Source: the human T2T-CHM13v2.0 reference genome, Homo sapiens. Taken from it: a DNA stretch of 64,000 nt. The notes below the pieces were generated by a model. The model made no database searches, was not told the origin of the DNA, and saw only the letters and a program-made list of their open reading frames with translations. The DNA lies in assembly GCF_009914755.1 (NCBI RefSeq), contig NC_060947.1, one strand, 5' to 3'. The translations under genes and the position numbers were made by a program. Positions 11,901-23,000 of this stretch are shown here, piece after piece (the stretch's first letter is position 1; each line of letters starts with the position of its first letter).

Positions 11901-12802
11901 CAACTCCTTCTCTGCTTTTCTGGAGGGCAAGAACCCCCCACCCCTTCTCCGTGTCTCTACTCTTTTCTCTGGGCTTGCCTCCTTCACTATGGGTAACCTT
12001 CCACCTTCCATTCCTCCTTCTTCTCCCTTAGCCTGTGTTCTCAAAAACTTAAAACCTCTTCAACTCACACCTGACCTAAAACCTAAATGCCTTATTTTCT
12101 TCTGCAATGCCACTTGACCCCAATACAAACTCGACAGTAGTTCTAAATAGCCAGAAAATGGCACTTTGAATTTTTCCATCCTGCAAAATCTAAATAATTC
12201 TTGTCATAAAATAGGCAAACGGTCTGAGGTGCCTGACGTCCAGGCATTCTTTTACACATCAGTCCCTTCCTAGTCTCTGTGCCCAGTGCAACTCATCCCA
12301 AATCTTCCTTCTTTCCCTCCCACCTGTCCCCTCAGTACCAACCCCAAGCGTCGCTGAGTCTTTCTAATCTTTCTTTTCTACAGACCCATCTGACCTCTCC
12401 CTTCCTCCCCAGGCTGCTCCTTGCCAGGCTGAGCTAGGTCCCAATTCTTCCTCAGGCTCCTCTCCTCCACCCTATAATCTTTTTATCACCTCCCCTCCTC
12501 ACACCTGGTCCAGCTTACAGTTTCATTCCGTGACTAGCCCTCCCCCACCTGCCCAGCAATTTACTCTTAAAAAGGTGGCTGGAGCCAAAGCCATAGTCAA
12601 GGTTAATGCTCCTTTTTCTTTATCCCAAATCAGATAGTGTTTAGGCTTTTTCATCAAATATAAAAACCCAGCCCAGTTCATGGCTCGTTTGGCAGCAACC
12701 CTGAGAAGCTTTACAGCCCTAGACCCTAAAAGGTCAAAAGGCCGTCTTATTCTCAATATACATTACCCAATCTGCTCCCGACATTAAATAAAACTCCAAA
12801 AA

Positions 12803-13090
12803 TTGGAATCTGGCCCTCAAACACAACAGGACTTAATTAACCTCACCTTCAAGGTGTACAATAACATAAAAAAGTTGCAACTCCTTGCCTCCACTGTGAG
12901 ACAAACCCCAGCCACATATCCAGCACACAAGAACTTCCAAACGCCTGAACCGCAGTGGCCAGGCATTCCTCCAGAACCTCCTCCCCTAGGAGCTTGCTAC
13001 ACGTGCCAGAAATCTGGACACTGGGCCAAGGAATGCCCGCAGTCCGGGATTCCTCCTAAGCTGCGTCCCATCTGTGTGGGACCCCACTGA
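12803..13090 (+). pseudogene. gag: HERV-H gag C-terminal remnant (nucleocapsid zinc knuckle)
   Basis: ORF contains CYTCQKSGHWAKEC (CX2CX4HX4C); upstream gag is disrupted. Confidence 0.85.
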
Positions 13091-13269
13091 AAATCGGACT
13101 GTTCAACTCACCTGGCAGCCACTCCCAGAGCCCCTGGAACTCTGGCCCAAGGCTCTCTGACTGACTCCTTCCCAGATCTTCTCGGCTTAGCGGCTGAAGA
13201 CTGACACTGCCCGATCGCCTCGGAAGCCCCCAGACCATCACGGACGCCGAGCTTTAGGTAACTTTCACA

Positions 13270-13510
13270 GTGGAAGGTAAGCCCATCCCCTTCTTAATCA
13301 ATACAGAGGCTACCCACTCCACATTACCTTCTTTTCAAGGGCCTGTTTCCCTTGCCTCCATAACTGTTGTGGGTATTGACAGCCAGGCTTCTAAACCTCT
13401 TAAAACTCCCCAACTCTGTGCCAACTTAGACAATACTCTTTTATGCACTCTTTTTTAGTTATCTCCACCTGCCCAGTTCCCTTATTAGGCTGAGATATTT
13501 TAACCAAATT
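13270..13510 (+). pseudogene. pro: HERV-H protease remnant
   Basis: FLINTEATHSTL, where the catalytic DTG has become NTE; frameshifted. Confidence 0.8.
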
Positions 13511-13646
13511 ATCTGCTTCCCTGACTATTCCTGGACTATAGCCGCATCTCATTGCTGCCCTTCTTCCCAATCCAAAGCCTCCTTTGCGTCCTCCTCTTGT
13601 ATTCCCCCACCTTAACCCACAAGTATAAGATACCTCTACTCCCTCC

Positions 13647-14475
13647 TTGGCGACCGATCATGCACCCCTTACCACCTCATTAAAACCTAATCACCCTTAC
13701 GCCGCTCAACGCCAATATCCCATCCCACAGCATGCTGTAAAAGGATTAAAGCCTGTTAACACTCACCTGCTACAGCATGGGCTTCTAAAACCTATAAACT
13801 CTCCTTGCCATTCCCCCATTTTACCTGTCCTAAAAGCAGACAAGCCTTACAAGTTAGTTCAGAATCTGCGCTTTATCAACCGAATTGTTTTGCCTATCCA
13901 CCCCGTGGTGCCAAACCCATATACTCTCCTATCCTCAATACCTCCCTCTACTACCCATTATTCTGTTCTAGATCTCAAACATGCTTTCTTTACTATTCCT
14001 TTGCACCCTTCATCCCAGCCTCTCTTTGTCTTCACTTAGACTGACCCTGACACCCATTAGGCTCAGCAAATTACCTGGGCTGTACTGCCGCAAGGCTTCA
14101 CAGACAGCCCCCATTACTTCAGTCAAGCCCAAATTTCATCCTCATCTGTTACCTATTCGGCATAATTCTCAAAAAAACACACGTGCTCTCCCTGCTGATC
14201 GTGTCCGATTAATCTCCCAAACCTCAATCCCTTACAAAAGAATAAGGACTTTCCTTCCTAGGCATGGTTAGTGTGGTCAGAATTCTTACACAAGAGCCAG
14301 GACCACACTGTGTAGCCTTTCTGTCCAAACAACTTGACCTTACTGTTTTAGCCTAGCCCTCATGTCTGCGTGCAGCGGCTGCCACTGCTTTAATACTGTT
14401 AGAGGCCCTAAAAATCACAAACTATGCTCAACTCATTCTCTACATTTCTCATAACTTCCAAAATCTATTTTCTTC
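13647..14475 (+). pseudogene. pol: HERV-H pol (RT) remnant
   Basis: QRQYP, SPILPVLK, SVLDLKHAFFTIPLHP, and LPQGF at about 14085. A stop lies at 14039 and no YxDD is seen. Confidence 0.85.
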
Positions 14476-15117
14476 AGAATTCAGGCCTGTCCTCAGAATG
14501 CTACAAGGTACAGCCAATTTAAGCTCCCGTATAGACGCTCCTTTTTATTAGGCCCCAGTCTCATTCGACACCAGACCAACTTAGACTGTGCCCCAAAAAA
14601 ACTTGTCATCCCTACCATCTTTTGTCTAGTCATACTCCTATTCACCGTTCTCAACTACGCATACATGCCCTGCTCTTGTTTACACTGCCGGTTTACACTG
14701 TTTCTCCAAGCCATCACAGCTGATATCTCCTGGTGCTATCCCCAAACTGCCACTCTAAACTCTTGAAGTAAATAAATAATCTTTACTGGCAGGACTATGC
14801 TGAATCTCCTTAGGCACTATACCTGTTTTTCTCCTTCTGTTATTCCATTTAGTTTTTCAATTCATACAAAACTGTATCCAGGCCATCACCAATCATTCTA
14901 TACGACAAATGTTTCTTCTAACATCCCCACAATATCACCCCTTACCACAAGACCTCCCTTCAGCTTAATCTCTCCCACTCTAGGTTCCCACACCGCCCCT
15001 AATCCCGCTTGAAGCAGCCCTGAGGAACATCGCCCATTCTCTCTCCATATCACCCCCCAAAAATTTTCGCCACCCCAACACTTCAACACTATTTTGTTTT
15101 ATTTCTCTTATTAATAT

Positions 15118-15130
15118 AAGAAGGCAGGAA
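15118..15130 (+). other. Polypurine tract
   Basis: AAGAAGGCAGGAA immediately before the 3' LTR. Confidence 0.85.
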
Positions 15131-15583
15131 TGTCAGGCCTCTGAGGCCAAGCCAAGCCATCGCATCCCCTGTGACTTGCACGTATAAGCCCAGATGGCCT
15201 GAAGTAACTGAAGAATCACAAAAGAAGTGAATATGCCCTGCCCCACCTTAACTGATGACATTCCACCACAAAGGAAGTGTAAATGGCCAGTCCTTGCCTT
15301 AAGTGATGACATTACCTTGTGAAAGTCCTTTTCCTGGCTCATCCTGGCTCAAAAAGCTCCCCCACTGAGCACCTTGCGACCCCCACTCCTGCCCGCCAGA
15401 GAACAAACCCCCTTTGACTGTAATTTTCCTTTACCTACCCAAATCCTATAAAATGGCCCCACCGTTATCTCCCTTTGCTGACTCTCTTTTCGGACTCAGC
15501 CCACCTGCACCCAGGTGAAATAAACAGCCATGTTGCTCACACAAAGCCTGTTTGGTGGTCTCTTCACACGGACGCGCATGAAA
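15131..15583 (+). promoter_or_regulatory. 3' LTR7
   Basis: By manual count, 14 substitutions and one 2-bp indel relative to the 5' LTR. Confidence 0.95.
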
Positions 15584-16238
15584 CCTACTATGAGCTTTCC
15601 TTTGGTACCTGGGTGTAATCCCCAAGTTTTAGCATCCTTATAATTTGATAAGGCCATGCTTTCCCAGACCTCCTGCTCCATGAACTTTAATGACAGGAAC
15701 TGGGGACTGGGTGGGTTTCCTTTGCCCTTAGTCAGTTGAATAGGGGAAGGGAAGAATTTAGCATAAGTAAAGAAGGTTTAAGTCACCTGAAACATATGCA
15801 AGTTTTCTCCGGGGTGCACAGCACACAGAGATCAGGGACCACACCCAGAAAAGAATTTTAAAAACAGTCTAGGGCAATTATTCCTATTCATTTACAGGCC
15901 TTCGGGCAATACCAGGGAGTGACCCCAGCCAGTTGCCCTCAATTTCCAAGGAGCCACTAAGAAACAGCCACTGAAAGACTGAAAAAGAAAGAAAGGAAAA
16001 AAAAAAAACTGGAAAAAGTCCCAGCTCCTTTAAGCGAATTTAGTGGTGGCAGTTAGCTTCTTCCACATGGAAACCACTTAGTTTCCCTGGCCACGGACAG
16101 AAACCTGCAGTTGCTGCTGAGTTTAGGCGCTGCCCACCAACGGTCCCGAGATGGAAAGGAAAGTAGTGACAGATTCCCCTGTATGAAGCAGAAAGGAAAG
16201 GGAGAAAAATGAATCCCAAACTTTGGGCTTACCTTTTC

Positions 16239-16256
16239 CTCCTGGCTAGCTTGCCA
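16239..16256 (-). other. Primer binding site, tRNA-Arg-like (MER61-type provirus)
   Basis: Minus strand TGGCAAGCTAGCCAGGAG matches TGGCGAGCCAGCCAGGAG at 16/18. It is followed by a splice-donor-like AG|GTAAG (16228-16234). Confidence 0.8.
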
Positions 16257-16259
16257 AAA

Positions 16260-16618
16260 TATTTCACTGGTGGACAGTGTCCAGGTTCTTGGCATATTGA
16301 ACAAAGAATCGGATAAAACACACAAACAATGCAAGGAAGAATGAAGGGATTTATTGAAAATGAAAGTACACTCCACGGTGTGGGAGCGGACCCGCGCATA
16401 GGGGCTCAAGGGCCTCATTACAGAATTTTTGGGAGTTGAAATACCCTCTAGCAGATTCCATTGGTTACTTCGAGTATGCCCTATGTAAATGGAGAGGATG
16501 AAGCAAAGTTACAAAGTCGCTTACTTGGCCTATGCCTATGAGGAGGATATTTCCTGTCATAGCTGAAGAGTGAATTGGCCTTATGTTCCCTGCTTTCATA
16601 CCCTATTTTCCTGCCTCA
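16260..16618 (-). mobile_element. MER61-type 5' LTR
   Basis: Homologous to 4060-4414 and adjacent to the PBS. Confidence 0.85.
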
Positions 16619-16811
16619 CTAGGACTTTAGCAGCAGGCACATTGACAAGTAGGCCATCTATCATCCTATCATTTAAAAAATATTTTTTTGGTCTAGTGCT
16701 TCTATAAATAGAGCACTTTAAATTGAAATATCTATATCTGATTTAAAGCTGTAAAAAATCGTTCCTCCTTTATGACAATTTTGGGTAAGTACTATCAAAA
16801 TAATGAAACTC

Positions 16812-17117
16812 GGCTGGGTGCAGTGGCTCACACCTGTAATCCCAGCACTTTGGGAGGCCGAGGCGGACGGATCATGAGGTCAGGAGATCGAGACCATTCT
16901 GGCTAACACGGTGAAACCCCTTCTCTACTAAAAATACAAAAAATTAGCCGGGCGAGGTGGCGGGTGCCTGAAGTCCCAGCTACTCGGGAGGCTGAGGCAG
17001 GAGAATGGCGTGAACCCCGGGGGGGGCGGAGCCAGCAGTGAGCCGAGATTGCGCCACTGCACCACTCCAGCCTGGGCGACAGGGAGACTCCGTCTCAAAA
17101 AAAAAAAAAAAAAAAAA
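16812..17117 (+). mobile_element. AluY (Ye5-like)
   Basis: gggcgAggtggcggg, gaaccccggggggggcggagcc and a shortened gacagggagac; pure A tail; TSD aatgaaact (16802-16810 / 17118-17126). Confidence 0.9.
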
Positions 17118-17295
17118 AATGAAACTTTCCTTTAGAGTAACTTCTCCCCTCCTCAAAGATGAATAAAGATTTCTTCCTTTTCTTTCCAAGCAGATGCAAC
17201 ATACACAGTTACAGTAGTGTTAGAGTGTGTTAGAACTAAATTGTGTCATAAAACTTTATACTGCACTGGTGTCATAAATGTCAAATGGGTACCAC

Positions 17296-18057
17296 TGAGG
17301 ACTAAGCTCTGCTTTTTTTTATCTTGCCCAAATTCCCATCTAAAGCACCTGGGAGTCATGCTGTACAAACCATAAACTCTCATGATATGGGTTTTATTTA
17401 ACCCTATATGTTGTGACTTACTTTCCAATCTGATTGGCATAACGTTATATGACAAAAAAGGAAATAAAAATATTTTACCCCAAAACATGTTTCTTTGCCA
17501 TATTTTGAAATGGCCCTGCAAAGCAGTCCTTTGTGGGAGAACATTTACACCTGTAAAGAATCTCTATTAACATAGTTAGAATTTTTTATTCCAGGCCCTC
17601 CCAATCCTGAAGAGATTAGCTGAGAGTCTAGCACCTTTTAAAGGTCTGAATAAGAAACACTTGTCATCTATTGTCTCTAAGAGCAGCCACTCTGAGACTT
17701 CAAAAGAACCTTGGTCTACACAATCTTTTATCTTAACCTTAACATTTCCTTTCTATTAATCCCAGGTCTTTAAACAAACTCAACCAATTGTCAACAAAAA
17801 ATTTTTAAATTTACCTATAGCCTGGAAGCCCCCTGCTTTGAATTGTCCCACCTTTCTGGACCAAAGCAATGTATTTTTGAAATGTATTTGATTGATGGCT
17901 CATGCCTCCCTAAAATGTATAAAACCAAGCTGTGCCTCAACCACCTTGGGTACATGTTCTCAGGACCTCCTGAGGCCTGTATCATGGGCCATGATCACTC
18001 ATATTTGGCTCAGAATAAATCTCTTCAAATATTTTAGTTTGACTCTTGTAATTGACA
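17296..18057 (+). mobile_element. MER4-group solo LTR (MER4D/E-like)
   Basis: TGAGGACTAAGCTCTG...atttggctcagaataaatctcttcaaatatttt...ttgaCA. Confidence 0.8.
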
Positions 18058-19164
18058 TGCAACACATTCTAAAAGACTGCAATGAAATGCCAAGCAATAA
18101 GCAAACCCAAGAATCAAAATTGATACTTCAAAATGTTTCAACAGTCAAAGAATATAACTTAGGAAGAAAACATCCTTCAATTATTACACCAAAAAAGAAA
18201 AAAAGGAGATAGGTATTTAAAAGCAGTTTCTCATCATTTTTTTACTGTCAAAATGAGGGTGTGATATTTCAAGCAAATGACTAAACTTGAAAACAGTTGT
18301 TCAGTAAGAAAAATTTTGCTTGCTAGAGAAAAGAGAAATAACTAAAATAATTTCTGTAAAAGAATTTTACTTCCCAAGTTTCCATATATATCATTCTATC
18401 TATAATATTCTAATATTTATAAATTAATACCTTCAACAGTTTTAAAAACATCTTATAAGGTGTTTGTGTCATTGGACAATTTCTATTACTATTGCTATCA
18501 CTAGTGATTTTCGGAGGTATTTCAGATTTACAGTAATTTGGTAAGTGTGTTAGGTTCATGATTAGTTACAAGAACAATTATCTTCTGTTTGAGATCAGTA
18601 GAGAAATTAATGCTTCAATGGACAAGAAACTTCATCTATAATTTTTATATGAAATAAATCTTATGAAGATTACTGGCTGCACAGACTAAGAAGTTGTGAG
18701 GAGACTATAGCACCAGTATTTCTATGTATGCAACATAATGGCAAATTTATAAAGTCTTTGCTAGTGATGATAGTTCTTTATCTTCCAGAGAAAATGTTAC
18801 AGAAATTCATAAGGAATTTCAGAAAATGAATTCCCAAGAGAAGTTTCTCACAATGCTTTTTACATATCACCAGAAATACTGACTAGCCTGGACTTCCACA
18901 TAATCATTGGGTCATCTTCCTTCATTCCTTTTCCCACACCTTGAAAACTGAAATCACAAAAGGACTCCTTTGAATTCCAGAATAAAGAGGTGTTATACTG
19001 AGAGTATTTCTGGTTTTGGCTATCCATCATTCTTTGTCTTCTTCAAGTAATAGTACCTTTATTTCCTTTTATAGGATTTCTTTTACCTCTCAGTCTTTAA
19101 GGGATAGTGAGTCAGATTTTCCATTCTTTTTTTAGCTACTTTGTGGTAAAAACATTCCAAGCTT

Positions 19165-19447
<283 letters not shown>

Positions 19448-19635
19448 TCCAAGCTTAAACAATTAGAGCCTCTCTTGAGCAGAGTGAAAAAGGAATAATA
19501 AAAATAGTTAGATTTAATTCATCCCAGCAGAAGCAGCATAGTATACCTGCTATGTAGATCACTAGAATTGCCCTTTTTGTGTCTAGTAATTCAGCTCTTC
19601 TTTTGAGTCTGAGGACTATACATCATTCACATAGG

Positions 19636-19636
<1 letters not shown>

Positions 19637-19672
<36 letters not shown>
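19637..19672. repeat. (AGAT)9 microsatellite
   Basis: Perfect tetranucleotide run. Confidence 0.95.
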
Positions 19673-19879
19673 TTTTCTATTGCTTGAGTTATTCAAAGTC
19701 AATTTCTTTTTGCTTGCAAACAAAGGGACTAATTGTCAAAATGAATTATCATATTGCCCTGGCAAGGTCCTTGTCAGTGTTAAAACAAGATAAGGAATGT
19801 AAAACACTAGCATGGCGTATGTCTAAAAAGTGTCTAATAATAATGGCATTAATATTTATAATAGTTAACAAGAATTGAA

Positions 19880-20050
19880 GCTGACAGTACTGAGCACTTC
19901 ACATGCATTATTTCACTTAATCCTCACTATGGATCTGTGGAGTAGATTCCAATTATCTCCATTTTATAGGTTAAAAAAAAGTCCAGAGAATGAGAAGCCC
20001 AAGCTAATGCAGCTGGTAAGTAGAGAGGCTGGGATTTGACACCTGGCAAT
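19880..20050 (-). mobile_element. MIR fragment
   Basis: cattatttcacttaatcctcac...ccattttatagg...ctgggatttgacacctggc. Confidence 0.6.
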
Positions 20051-20082
20051 CTTCAAATACACACATTTAAACATTGCATTCT

Positions 20083-23000
20083 GAAGGGTAGGTGGAGCAA
20101 GATGGCAAAATCAAAGTCTCCATCTATAGTCTCCCACAAGGACACCAATTTAACAACTATCTACATAGGAAAAACACCTTCAAAAGAACCAAATTTCATG
20201 TGAGCCCTCATGGTATCTGGTTTTAACTTCCTATCACTGAAAGAGGCAATAAAGAGATAGAAAATACAGTCCTGAATGACTGACACCACTGCTCCATGAG
20301 GTTGGGGGAGGGTGCTGGAGGAGGGAGAGCACAACAATTGTGAGACATTGAACTTAGTGCTCTGTGTTAGAGCAGAAAGGAAAACCAGACCAAAGTCAGC
20401 TGACAGCTGCCCACTGAGGAAGCATTTAAACCGACCCTAGCTAAAGGGAAATTGCAGATGCCAGCAGTCAAAACTTGGCCAACCCTGCCACCAAGGGCTA
20501 CAGTGTTCTGTGTCTCCAAGTGAACTTGAAAGGCAGTCTAAGCCGTAAGGACTGCAACCATGGCGAGTCCTTGTGCTGACCTAGGTCCAGAGACAGTGGA
20601 ATTGGAGGAACATGTGACTTACTGAGGCACCAGCTGGGGCAGCTGAGGGAGTGCCGGTATTAGGCCCTCCCCTAACCCCAGGCTACACAGCTTGCAGCTC
20701 CAAAAATGATCCCTTCTTTCAGCTCGAATAGAGGAAAGGGAAAAATGGGAAAGACATTTTTTGGGGGGGCAGGGGGGATCTAGGATACCAGCTCAGCCAC
20801 AGCAGAACAGGGCATTGGTCAGAATCAAGAGGCCCCCATTCTGGGCCCTTGTTCCCAGATATTTTTAGACACACCCTGGAACAGAAGGAAACCTGCTGCC
20901 TTTAAAGAAAGAACCCAGCCCTGGCAGCATTCATCGCCTGTTAACTGAAGAGCCCTTAGGCTCTGAATAACCAGCAGCGATATTACATCTTGGGCCTTGG
21001 GTGAGCCTCTGAGATTTGCTGGCATCATGTTAGACTCAGCACATTACCAAATGTGGTGGCTAGAGGGCAAAACTCCTTCTGCTTGAAAAAAGCTGAGAGA
21101 AAAGTAAAGATGACACTTTCTTGCACCTTAAGAGCTAGTGCGGCCACAGGGGAGTAGAGCACTAATTAGGCTCTTGGGGTCCCAATTCCAGAATTTGACT
21201 CTTAGATGGCTTTTCTGCACATGCCCTGGGCCAGAGAGGTGGCCACTGCCCTGAATAGTGACTCCCAGGCTAGGCAGCATTCACTACTAGTCGACTTAAG
21301 ATACCTTAGGCCTTAGGAGAACATTAGCAGTAGTCTGGCAATACCCCTCATGGTTTAGGGTGGCAGTGGCTATGGAGTGAGACTCCTCTGCCTCTGAAAA
21401 GGGGATGGAAGAGTGAGAAGAAATATGTTTTGTCTTTTGAGTGCCAGCTCAGCTGCAGTACAATAGAACACCAGGCAGACTTCTAATGTTTTTGGCTCTA
21501 GTCCCTGACTCCTCAGTGTCACCTGTGGACCCACACAGAGCCAGGGGAAACTCAATACACTGAAAGGAATGACACAGGCCTAGCTAGCTTTGCCATTGGC
21601 TGATTGTAGGGCCCCTGGGACTTGAGAGCATATAGACAGTAGCTAGGGAGTAGTTACTGCAGGCCTTGGGAGAGACTCACTGCTGTACTGGCTTCAGGTT
21701 TAACTCAGAGTAGTCATAGTAGTTGTGGCCACAGGTGCACTTGTGTCACTCTTCCACCAGCTTTATGTGGATCAGAACAATGATAGAGACTGTTTGAGAG
21801 AAAGTAAGGGAAGGAAGCAAGAGTCTCTTTCTTGTAAACCAGAGAATTCTCCCAGATCTTCCCAAGACCATCAAGGCAGTACCTCTACAAATCTGCAAAA
21901 ACCACAATGTTACTGGGCTTAGGGTGTCCTCTAAAGCTGATAAAGCTTGGATCATAGCACACAAGTCCTACCAAGTATCTGGAAAGCCTTCCCCAGGAGG
22001 AGTACAAACAAGCCCAGAGAGTAAAGACTAAATAAATACCTAACTCTTCAAAAACCAGACACCAAAAAGCATCTACTAGCATCAACAGCATCCAGGAAAG
22101 TATGACCTCAACTAATTAACTAAATAAGGCACTAGGAACCAATCCTGTAGAAAAGGAGATGTGTGACTTTTCAGACAGAGAATTCAAAATAGCTGTGTTG
22201 AGGAAACCGAAATAAATTCAAAATATCACAGAGAAGAAATTTAGAATTCTATAAGATACATTTAACAAAAAGAAGAATAATTAAAATGAAACACAAATTC
22301 TGAAACTGAAAAATGCAATTGGCATACTGAAGAATGCATCAGAACTTTTTAATAGCAGAATTGATCAAGAAGAAGAAAGAATTAGTGAGCTTGAAGACAA
22401 GCAATTTGAGAACACAAGACCTGAGGAGATAAAAGAGAAAATAATAAAAAACTATGAAGTATGCTATTCAGAATCTAGAAAATAGCCTCAAATGGGCAAA
22501 TTTAAGAGTTATTGGGTTTAAAGAAGAGGTAGAGAAAGAGACGGGTAAAATGTTTATTCAAGAGAAAAATAACATAGAACTTCCCACAGCAAGAAAAGAT
22601 ATCAAAATCTAAGTACAGGAAGCTTATAAAACACCAAGCAAATTTAACCAAAAGAAGACTACATAAAGGTATTTAATAATCTAACTTCCAAAGATTAAAG
22701 ATAAAATAAAAGGATTCTAAAAACAGCAAGAGAAAAGAAGCAAATAACATACAATGAAACTTTAATAATTCTGGCATCAGACTTTTCAATGAAAAACTTA
22801 CAGACAAGGAGAGTGTGCCATGACAAATTTAAAGTGCTAAAAATCAAAAACCTCTTACCCTAGAATAATATACCCAGCAAAAATATCCTTCAAACATGGA
22901 GGAGAAATACTTTCCCAGACAAACAAAAGCTGAGAGATTTCACCAACACCAGACTTGTACTACAAGAAATTCTAAAGAGAGTACTTCAATCAGAAAGAAA

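Larger units (their letters stand above)
10664..15583 (+). mobile_element. HERV-H provirus (LTR7-internal-LTR7), internally deleted, 4920 bp
   Basis: LTRs at 10664-11118 and 15131-15583, perfect 5-bp TSD CCTAC (10659-10663 / 15584-15588), His PBS, PPT, and gag/pro/pol remnants. Confidence 0.97.

Noticed and set aside
11010-12044. 207-aa and 159-aa ORFs
   Set aside because: They lie in the HERV-H LTR and leader repeats, are low-complexity and show no recognisable domain.
12803-14271. Functional HERV-H Gag/Pol
   Set aside because: Stops and frameshifts are present, the protease DTG is lost, no YxDD is seen and integrase is missing.
10666-15342. Near-identical 69-aa ORFs at 10666-10875 and 15133-15342
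   Set aside because: They are simply the two LTR7 copies.
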